Assembly: GCA_903908245.1 (NCBI GenBank)
Contig: CAIVRE010000028.1
Span: 1 to 58,089, forward strand
Length of the DNA: 58,089 nucleotides
Origin: Candidatus Omnitrophota bacterium
GTDB lineage: Bacteria; Omnitrophota; Gorgyraeia; Zapsychrales; Fredricksoniimonadaceae
Direction of reading: 5' to 3'
Part shown: positions 1-8,247 of the stretch, one piece after another
How positions within the stretch are numbered: the stretch's first letter is position 1
How the letters are laid out: the number at the start of each line of letters is the position of its first letter
Position numbers and translations under genes: made by a program
The notes under the pieces: model-generated
What the model saw: only the letters and a program-made list of their open reading frames with translations
Databases searched by the model: none
Told to the model about the DNA's origin: nothing

Positions 1-44
1 AGTATCAGGAAAGGAGCCTCGATGAGTACAACCCGAACACATGA
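1..44 (+). CDS. istA: 3' tail of IS21-family transposase IstA (partial, runs off window)
   Basis: Frame starting at base 3 reads YQERSLDEYNPNT* (TGA 42-44), resembling the IstA C-terminal R-x-L-x-x-Y tail; it overlaps the istB start. Confidence 0.55.
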   Translation, partial: YQERSLDEYNPNT

Positions 45-705
45 GATCTGGACGAGATTAAAGCTGGCATCAGAGATCAGCGATCTGACCGAGAAAGAAT
101 GGGGTGTCGTCTTACCGCTGTTGGAAAAAGAACTCGCGGCCCGTGAAGTTAAACGGATCAAGCATCTCCTGCATCGTTCCGGGATCAGGAGGATCAAGCG
201 ACTGGAAGACTTTGACTGGAAGTTCAATCCCAAGGTTCCCAGAACCGAGATCATGGAATTGGCGCGGACATCCTGGGACAAAGAAGTCAGGAACGCCGTA
301 TTCATCGGCACCAGCGGAATCGGAAAGACTCATCTGGCGGAGAGCCTCTGCATGCGTGCGATTGAAAATGGCATCCCGGCCACATGCATCTCTTGCCACG
401 ACCTCGTTGAGAAACTAAAAGCTTCCCGTAATAAGGCGTCTCTGGTGCATTATTATGCTACGGTCAAGTTATTGTGCCTGGACGAGCTTGGATACGTGTT
501 CCCAACACCGGATCAAGCCAACGACATCTTCCAGATCGTCTCAAAACGATCCGAATTGTCATCGACGATCATCACAACCAACCTGCTCCCGGCGCAATGG
601 GGAAAGATATTCGAGGCCGCCACAGCGACCGCGATCTTGGACCGGCTCAGTTATAACGGAACTTTTTTGCCTTGGGAGGGGCCATCTTATCGAAAAAAGA
701 AATAA
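22..705 (+). CDS. istB: IS21-family helper ATPase IstB
   Basis: Motifs LEDFDWKFNP, Walker A GTSGIGKT, Walker B LCLDELGY, IITTNL, AILDRL and GPSYR; AGGAG RBS upstream. Confidence 0.92.
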   Translation: MSTTRTHEIWTRLKLASEISDLTEKEWGVVLPLLEKELAAREVKRIKHLLHRSGIRRIKRLEDFDWKFNPKVPRTEIMELARTSWDKEVRNAVFIGTSGIGKTHLAESLCMRAIENGIPATCISCHDLVEKLKASRNKASLVHYYATVKLLCLDELGYVFPTPDQANDIFQIVSKRSELSSTIITTNLLPAQWGKIFEAATATAILDRLSYNGTFLPWEGPSYRKKK

Positions 706-780
706 TTGAAGGCATGGTCAGTCAGAAAGCAAGAATCAGGGAGAGCCTGTCTTCGACAGACCATTCTTTACCTTACGTCG

Positions 781-836
781 TGCCCACCGGGGGCCCAGCA
801 TGATCATAATCGGGCCCTTTACGATGATCGCTTACA
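781..836. repeat. Putative IS21 right terminal inverted repeat with internal repeated boxes
   Basis: GGGCCC at 791 and 812, ATGATC at 800 and 824, terminal CA at 835-836. Repeated subterminal boxes are typical of IS21 ends. Confidence 0.55.
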
Positions 837-1299
837 CATCCTTAATTACAGCCATCTTTTGCCTGGCAATGCCCTCAGCAGCTCCAGTTGTAAGATCCAT
901 CTGAACCCAACGCGCATCACTATCAATAATGTTCTGACATGTCCACACAATGCCGTCCTCTGTATCTAAAACCATCGCAGGCATTCTCAAATCCGCATCC
1001 TGCCACATCAACATTTTCCCGAGATACTTCTTGGCCGTTAAAGGCTTATCGCCGTTCTTCCCCAGATCCGCCTTCACCCACAAAGGTTTTCCATCCTGAA
1101 GATTCTGACAAGTCCAAACGATCCCCCGAACCCTGTCAACTATCATCGCGGGAGTCCTGACATTAACAATGGCCCGGCCTTCCATCATTACCATTTGATA
1201 CCGCCCCTCCTGGGTTTCTTCAGTAACTTTCTGAGCAAAAACAGACCCACAAAGAAAAAAGACACCAATAAAGATCAAACTTGCGAATAAATTCCTCAT
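832..1299 (-). CDS. Secreted hypothetical protein with two copies of a ~50-aa module
   Basis: Signal peptide MRNLFASLIFIGVFFLCGSVFA; repeated PAM-x-x-D...GIVWTCQN...WV-x-x-DL. ATG 1299 chosen because GGGGGTGA lies upstream. Confidence 0.75.
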   Translation of the reverse strand: MRNLFASLIFIGVFFLCGSVFAQKVTEETQEGRYQMVMMEGRAIVNVRTPAMIVDRVRGIVWTCQNLQDGKPLWVKADLGKNGDKPLTAKKYLGKMLMWQDADLRMPAMVLDTEDGIVWTCQNIIDSDARWVQMDLTTGAAEGIARQKMAVIKDV

Positions 1300-1344
1300 T
1301 CTCACCCCCATTTGTGCATATTATTCATTACTAAATATCACTCG

Positions 1345-3318
1345 TTAAATCACAGAAAAACCTATCCTCGCCAAATATTCAAAAGTGCCGTTATAAAAGT
1401 CCGGATCTCTTGTCGGGTCTGTTGCATCCCCTGGTGGAACTACAATAACCATCCCCTGACGCGCACGCGTTAATAGAACACGATACGCATTCTTTAGGTA
1501 ATTCTTTCTCTCCGCCTTCCGAATTTTATTCCAACGATCGCCACAAAAAGAGCAATGATCCCATCCCGCCTTTGTATGTCTAAAATCCGCATCCCAAGTT
1601 ACACAAACCCAATCCAGTTCAAGCCCCTGAACATGAAACTCTGTGGCCACATCCTCTAAATAGTAGGAAGAGCGTACATCTTCTTTGCCATCTAGGAACC
1701 AATGAACGGGGTCCATCGGGGACTTAACATCGATCGCATACGGCTTTAGCCGCTCTGCTTGCGACGAAACTACAACTCCATATCTTTCCGAACCCCGCGC
1801 CTGTTGTTTTAACCATTCCCGTGCCTTATCCTGATCCCGAGTAATAACGATAGGATATTTATCCTTTAACAAGCTGAAGGTCTGCTTAGCGTCATCACAA
1901 TTGAGATCTAGCAGCTGTTTGACCAGCAACGAGACATTCTCCGCGCGAAAAGAGCGCATCGAAACAGAAAGATGAAGCTCCGACTTATACTCCACAGACT
2001 GCCGGGCCTCCAAAGGTTTTAAAACATCCCCGACCCCGTACTCGCTATCTGTAAGACGCGGTGAGATATAAACACACCACTGGGGAAACGACCGGTTCAG
2101 GGATTCGATCCATTCACTAATGCCAGCCTCGCCAGTATTTATCTCTTGCCCCCCGCCGACAAGGCAAACAATAACAGCCCAATCCTTATGACGATCCAGG
2201 CACGAGATCAGAAATTCCGGCTCGGATTGATCAAACCCGGGGCGATTCTTCTTACGACGCATAAAGTTACATGTCTGCTCTTTATTCCACGCACGCTGTG
2301 CCTCATCAAACAAGACAACATGCTCATGAAGGGGCCCTAGATCCAAAAGGCATTCATCCCTAAAGTGATGAACGTTTTGAATGAACGTCTTCACTTCACT
2401 CAATGCTTCGCCTTTTTTAACCCGATTTCCTTGCTCTTTAGCCCGGCTTACTTTATCTCGAGCCAAAGCTTCGCAAAGAATTTTGACTAACGGGCCATTC
2501 CCCGATAGGAAAACGCTATAAAGATCACTATCTTTGTCATTGTGCGTAGTGGCAATATTTAACCCCACCAATGTCTTACCCGCACCAGGCACTCCGGTCA
2601 CAAAGCAAATAGCCTTTTGAGACCGCTCTTTTGAAATTCTGATAATTTCAGATAGGGAATTAGATGTTTGTGTGAGATTGATTGCCCCCGCTTCCTTACG
2701 GGAGATATCTTCAACCGAATGTCGGTTATAAAGAGCCATCGCCGCTTCGATAATCGTCGGCGTTGGAGAATACCGGCCGTCTTCCCAGTGACTGCCGTCA
2801 ATAGACGCTCCTTCACAAAGAGCCAAAGTATTTGTTATAACATCTCGTAACAAGTTGGTATTGGTTCTAATCGGAAAGAATACTTTATCGTTCTGCGGCG
2901 TTAACGCTATGACCGCCGCACTATCTTTAGCATTTGTTGCAATAAGAACAGGCGCAATAAAATGATTATGGCTCGTCTCATGGAAGTTTTTCAGATCTAA
3001 AGCATAATCCCATACCTGATCCTCGGCAGAAACTGTGAACGTCTTTTCTCCCACCTTAAATTCAAGTACAAAGATTACGGATCCAATCAAAAGCGCCACA
3101 TCAATTCGACGCCCCATACGAGGAATTGAATATTCAAAATATACAGTGCCTTCAAAAGACTGAAGAACTTCACGCAGAACACTAATTTCTTCTAGCCAAG
3201 CATCCCTCTGCTCAGCTTCTACTGAGAATTCTGAGCCCCGAACGATCTTCCCCAGAATGACGTCTGATGAAGATTGCCTAAAGCCATCTATTGAATCCGA
3301 GTAATAGGCTCTATTCAT
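1345..3318 (-). CDS. DUF2075 (Schlafen group 3-like) helicase with N-terminal PD-(D/E)xK-like nuclease
   Basis: RRIDVALL...VLEFK; Walker [31 protein letters not shown]. Confidence 0.85.
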   Translation of the reverse strand: MNRAYYSDSIDGFRQSSSDVILGKIVRGSEFSVEAEQRDAWLEEISVLREVLQSFEGTVYFEYSIPRMGRRIDVALLIGSVIFVLEFKVGEKTFTVSAEDQVWDYALDLKNFHETSHNHFIAPVLIATNAKDSAAVIALTPQNDKVFFPIRTNTNLLRDVITNTLALCEGASIDGSHWEDGRYSPTPTIIEAAMALYNRHSVEDISRKEAGAINLTQTSNSLSEIIRISKERSQKAICFVTGVPGAGKTLVGLNIATTHNDKDSDLYSVFLSGNGPLVKILCEALARDKVSRAKEQGNRVKKGEALSEVKTFIQNVHHFRDECLLDLGPLHEHVVLFDEAQRAWNKEQTCNFMRRKKNRPGFDQSEPEFLISCLDRHKDWAVIVCLVGGGQEINTGEAGISEWIESLNRSFPQWCVYISPRLTDSEYGVGDVLKPLEARQSVEYKSELHLSVSMRSFRAENVSLLVKQLLDLNCDDAKQTFSLLKDKYPIVITRDQDKAREWLKQQARGSERYGVVVSSQAERLKPYAIDVKSPMDPVHWFLDGKEDVRSSYYLEDVATEFHVQGLELDWVCVTWDADFRHTKAGWDHCSFCGDRWNKIRKAERKNYLKNAYRVLLTRARQGMVIVVPPGDATDPTRDPDFYNGTFEYLARIGFSVI

Positions 3319-5717
3319 ACCAAAACCCTGATAAATTTTGCCACCACCATAAGCGAACCATCATTATCCGGTGGTACAATTATTGGCTGAAATGCCGGAT
3401 TTAATGGTAGAAGAGAAATCTCGTCGTGTTCCCATGTTTCATCAGCGTTTTCTTTCTTCTTACTCGTATATTTCTTAACTGTATACTTCCCCCCAGTTTC
3501 AGGATCTAAAGGAGTATGCCACTGCACCAAAACAACCTTGTCCTGCCGAGTGCCGACAACATTTGCTTGGAATATACAATAACTTCCGTCTGGTATCAGG
3601 GGCTCCATCGATTTCCCAATAACCTTAGAAACGAACATATTCTTGTTTAACCGAATTCCATCGATCTTGAGCCACCCCTTCTCTTCAGCCTCCACACCTT
3701 CTCCAAAGAGCCCGCAGGCCGCCTCGAGAGTATAAACAGGCAAATACTCTTTAAACTGCAACTGCTTTTCGATGGTTTCTTCCAACAAGAACCGTTGCTC
3801 TTCAACCGGTGAAACAATATCACCAACTAAAAGAGGCGTCCCTTCACCCACTGCTAATCTAGAACGAAAATAGGCCTCAACTTCTTTATCGACAAAATAA
3901 ACATAACAACCGCGCATCCCGCGGGTCATTAGAACACGATAAATATTCCTCGCATAAGAATCAAAACCAGCCCCGCCCTTCTTTAACGTTGGATCACATG
4001 TCCCCGTCATATCTCCAACAAGTCGATCAGTCTCCCGATCGTACTTTAAGTCAGCACCGACAATAACCCCAATATAGTCGAATTCAAACCCCTGAGCCGT
4101 GTAGATACAGCCAACTTGCTCAACACCCCCGGTCTTAAACGCCCACTGATACCATCTAGGAATGCCTGCTTGCAGTTTACCCCCATCCTTAGCCTCCCAA
4201 GGCATGGAGAAATCACCAATGACAACATCCTTAACTAAAGACCCATCCGCATTAGGATCGCTCCACGGCCAGCAATACCCGGAGACTAAGCGCGCAGAAT
4301 TCGGCTTCTTTGATTCATGGCTTCTTATAAACGCATAAAGCTCTGTCGGTGAACCCATGATCCGAAAATCAAAGTTGTCCTCAGGACCAAGCTTTCGCTT
4401 CTCATTGGTATAGCCCAATACATCTTCCAGCCAAAGAAGATAATTATTAGACCCATTGCACCTAAATTGGGATTGCAACTCAACCTCATCAACCATTGCC
4501 TTATACTGAATGGCATATGACTTTATCAAGGCAGTTGCACCAACCTCTCTAGCCCGAACACTCTGCTTATCATCAATAAAGAAGACAGAGGTTTTGGCGC
4601 AACGTATCAGCTGCTCAATCTGGGGCATATCTGTTCTATGCTCCGCCAGAGTAAACTGACTATTACTTTTCTTTTCTATCCTATGCGCCTCATCAACGAT
4701 CAACACATCCAAACCGTTCTCATCAACCTTGCTTGGAACAAACCGCGACAACTCTGAAATCAGGATCTTTCCCTTTTTGCCAAGCTTATCCATCAATGCC
4801 TCACGAAAAGGCTTGGATTTACAACCATAGAAAACTGTCTTTCCCTCTTTTGCAAGCTCAGCGAGCACATTAAGAGCGATAACCGTCTTCCCTGTTCCAG
4901 GGCCGCCTTGCACCAGAATAATATTCTTCGTTTTAGAGCGAACGCTCTTCCTCACCCGAGACATGATGATATTCTTCGCAACTAACTGCTCATTCAGCAA
5001 TGAAAAGATCGGCCTGTTCTCAATAATGCCAGCGACATGCTCTAAAAGCTTCCTCGATGGAGATATCTTGCTTTGCATAAAACGGTTAAATATCTCAAAA
5101 CCATCCCCTTTCGCCAAAAGAACATGCAATCTATCGGCTAGAAGTTGAACATCATCCTTGGCATAAACAGGGAACTCCTCGATAACTTTACGATACCTAG
5201 GGGCAAAAAGCCCTTCGCCCGCGATCTTTGAATAGTTGTGACAATATGCACAACTAAAAAGATCCAGGCCGTCTTCAACCTCGAAAACTTGAACGAAATT
5301 AATTAAGTGATGATGGTACCCTTCCACCTGCTGAGACGGATGTGCAACACGGCGAGACGCGCCACCGGTAAATGTTTCTACAAAATTCTCTTCATCATCT
5401 AATTCTGTAACAGAACTCCACTGCTTCAACTCAATCAAAACAACGTACGACTTTCCACTTTGTCCTCGTCCAAACAACAAACAATCAATACGCCCGGTAT
5501 TATAGGGGACCTCATACTCCAGTGAGATCATGTTGTTATCAAGCCCGGCGAGATCAATGAGATTCTTTACATGCTGGAAAGAATTGCTCCATGAATTAAA
5601 TTCCGGAAGCCCTACGTAACGACCCGCCTTGCTGGCAGTCGATTTCATGATGTCGGCAATCCGATTGCCTAAAACATCTTCTTTGAACTGTTTTGTCGTA
5701 TTCTGATAAAGAATCAT
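3315..5717 (-). CDS. Nuclease-DUF2075 helicase fused to a C-terminal S24 (LexA/UmuD-type) peptidase
   Basis: GRIDCLL...[34 protein letters not shown]; then [17 protein letters not shown] (Ser) and YTVKKY (Lys). ATGA overlap with the downstream gene. Confidence 0.85.
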   Translation of the reverse strand: MILYQNTTKQFKEDVLGNRIADIMKSTASKAGRYVGLPEFNSWSNSFQHVKNLIDLAGLDNNMISLEYEVPYNTGRIDCLLFGRGQSGKSYVVLIELKQWSSVTELDDEENFVETFTGGASRRVAHPSQQVEGYHHHLINFVQVFEVEDGLDLFSCAYCHNYSKIAGEGLFAPRYRKVIEEFPVYAKDDVQLLADRLHVLLAKGDGFEIFNRFMQSKISPSRKLLEHVAGIIENRPIFSLLNEQLVAKNIIMSRVRKSVRSKTKNIILVQGGPGTGKTVIALNVLAELAKEGKTVFYGCKSKPFREALMDKLGKKGKILISELSRFVPSKVDENGLDVLIVDEAHRIEKKSNSQFTLAEHRTDMPQIEQLIRCAKTSVFFIDDKQSVRAREVGATALIKSYAIQYKAMVDEVELQSQFRCNGSNNYLLWLEDVLGYTNEKRKLGPEDNFDFRIMGSPTELYAFIRSHESKKPNSARLVSGYCWPWSDPNADGSLVKDVVIGDFSMPWEAKDGGKLQAGIPRWYQWAFKTGGVEQVGCIYTAQGFEFDYIGVIVGADLKYDRETDRLVGDMTGTCDPTLKKGGAGFDSYARNIYRVLMTRGMRGCYVYFVDKEVEAYFRSRLAVGEGTPLLVGDIVSPVEEQRFLLEETIEKQLQFKEYLPVYTLEAACGLFGEGVEAEEKGWLKIDGIRLNKNMFVSKVIGKSMEPLIPDGSYCIFQANVVGTRQDKVVLVQWHTPLDPETGGKYTVKKYTSKKKENADETWEHDEISLLPLNPAFQPIIVPPDNDGSLMVVAKFIRVLV

Positions 5718-5731
5718 TATCTAATGTCTCT

Positions 5732-5761
5732 AAATAAAAACCCGGGCATAATTGCCCGGGT
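5732..5761 (-). terminator. Intrinsic terminator just upstream of the DUF2075 operon start
   Basis: Minus strand ACCCGGGCA-ATTA-TGCCCGGGT followed by TTTTATTT. Confidence 0.7.
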
Positions 5762-5799
5762 CATTGGTTTCGTTCCAATTTGTTAGAATAAAATCTCAT
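5761..5799 (-). CDS. Putative 12-aa leader peptide MRFYSNKLERNQ
   Basis: AAGGA 8 nt before the ATG; TGA abuts the terminator stem; lies downstream of a consensus promoter. Confidence 0.35.
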   Translation of the reverse strand: MRFYSNKLERNQ

Positions 5800-5835
5800 T
5801 CCAGAAGTCCTTTACTGGTGTGATCAATGTCCGAA

Positions 5836-5864
5836 ATTATAACACAGCGCCCTGCTTCTCACAA
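5836..5864 (-). promoter_or_regulatory. Sigma70-type promoter for the DUF2075 operon
   Basis: TTGTGA-17 nt-TATAAT with an extended TGn. Confidence 0.65.
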
Positions 5865-6009
5865 CAAGCACTCCCGCATTTGACGGCTCTTATCGTTCTT
5901 GTCCCTCGATCGACGATCTTTTGCCTTAGCCAATACTGCTCCACCAAACGGGAACAAGAACGATCAAATGCTCCACTTTAACAACAAAGAAATACCCCAT
6001 AGCGTCGAT

Positions 6010-6030
6010 TTGTTATCCGGTTGTTATCCG
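6010..6030. repeat. Tandem 10-bp direct repeat, possible integrase arm-type sites
   Basis: TTGTTATCCG at 6010-6019 and 6021-6030, 70 bp from the tRNA 3' end. Confidence 0.45.
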
Positions 6031-6099
6031 AAAGCCGTTTCTCCAACAAACACGAAAGCCGCCCAACGACCTAAGTCATTGAACGGCTTCGTGATGCTA

Positions 6100-6176
6100 T
6101 GGTTGCGGGGGTACGATTTGAACGTACGGCCTTCAGGTTATGAGCCTGACGAGCTACCAGGCTGCTCCACCCCGCG
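6100..6176 (-). tRNA. tRNA-Met(CAT), initiator (fMet) type
   Basis: CGCGGGGTGGAGCAGCCTGGTAGCTCGTCAGGCTCATAACCTGAAGGCCGTACGTTCAAATCGTACCCCCGCAACCA; C1:A72 mismatch; encoded CCA. Confidence 0.95.
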
Positions 6177-6241
6177 ATGTCTTTTCACTTCGGGCCTGGT
6201 GTCCCGCCGTGATCAAAAAGTTTTAACTACTATAACAGCTT

Positions 6242-6730
6242 TTATTCTTTTGTCGACTGTGTTGTTGCTTGCGACGTGGAAACTGTGCTTTTCTTCTTGA
6301 CCGCCGTCGAGCTTGTCTTGTTCTTTTTCTTTGCCGAAGGCTTTGTACTGGCGGCTTTCGACTTCACGGCCGGCTTAACAACCGCATTCGGTTTATTATC
6401 CGCGTCATCATCGGCCTGCTTGATGATGAACGATGTTTCGTCGGAATTAACCCCGTCCTTCTTCTCTCCGGGGCCAAGGATCTTGTAAAGAACTTCGCCG
6501 TCTTTGATGATGCCCATCTTTTCACGGGCAACTTTCTCAAAATAAACCGGGTCATCGGTCAACCTGCGACGCTCTTCGTCCAGGCGGGTGTTCTCCCGCT
6601 CCAGGTCGCTGATACGCTTGGCAAACGCGTGATTCTTTTCATTCATGTCCTGCATCTTCACATACGACGGAAGATAGAACACAAAAACCAGCGCGCAAAC
6701 AACGCAGAGAAAAAGGGCGTTACGGATCAA
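6242..6730 (-). CDS. ftsB: Septum formation initiator FtsB/DivIC with a Lys/Ser-rich tail
   Basis: TM helix, coiled coil, then DPVYFEKVAREKMG...GEVLY; lies downstream of eno, a conserved synteny. Confidence 0.8.
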   Translation of the reverse strand: MIRNALFLCVVCALVFVFYLPSYVKMQDMNEKNHAFAKRISDLERENTRLDEERRRLTDDPVYFEKVAREKMGIIKDGEVLYKILGPGEKKDGVNSDETSFIIKQADDDADNKPNAVVKPAVKSKAASTKPSAKKKNKTSSTAVKKKSTVSTSQATTQSTKE

Positions 6731-6757
6731 GTTGCCTGCCCCTTCCGGAAAAAGCTA

Positions 6758-8050
<1,293 letters not shown>

Positions 8051-8094
8051 TTATAGACGCCGGCATGAAAAAAAACCGGCTGAATAATTCGGAT

Positions 8095-8123
8095 ACATTA
8101 TCACGCAACCCACTCCCAGTCAA
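8095..8123 (-). promoter_or_regulatory. Putative eno promoter
   Basis: TTGACT-17-TAATGT with TGn extension. Confidence 0.45.
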
Positions 8124-8138
8124 TTGAAAACAATCCTC

Positions 8139-8183
8139 CCGCCATCACCCCGGGAACCTCCTTCACCCCCGGGGTGATGGCGG
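8139..8183. repeat. Palindromic repeat, family A, copy 1
   Basis: Perfect 15-bp inverted repeat CCGCCATCACCCCGG (8139-8153) / CCGGGGTGATGGCGG (8169-8183); shares blocks with 41801-41829 and 58048-58089. Confidence 0.8.
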
Positions 8184-8184
8184 T

Positions 8185-8213
8185 TTGACGCAAACCATTA
8201 CATATGTTATGCT
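8185..8213 (+). promoter_or_regulatory. Promoter for the tandem-AAA protease gene
   Basis: TTGACG-17-TATGCT with TGn extension; supports a start at ATG 8248 (GGAGG RBS) rather than 8185. Confidence 0.65.
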
Positions 8214-8247
8214 TTTGAATACTTTATTGTCCATTCGGAGGCTGTGT

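Larger units (their letters stand above)
1..836 (+). mobile_element. IS21-family insertion sequence, right-hand part
   Basis: istA tail plus istB, then a terminus ending ...GATGATCGCTTACA at 836 (TGTAAGCGATC on the other strand; IS21 ends are TG...CA). The left end lies outside the window. Confidence 0.8.
1..6099. mobile_element. Edge of a genomic island inserted at the tRNA-fMet 3' end
   Basis: Accessory genes and an IS abut the tRNA CCA end. Spot GC counts are 23/60 in the line starting at 3361 versus 40/60 at 9481. The integrase and other att site are not in the window. Confidence 0.6.

Noticed and set aside
5899..6300. 133-aa plus-strand ORF
   Set aside because: It runs antisense across tRNA-fMet and the att region; spurious.
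8185..8247. TTG start for the protease
   Set aside because: The TTG is the -35 box; ATG 8248 has a GGAGG RBS.
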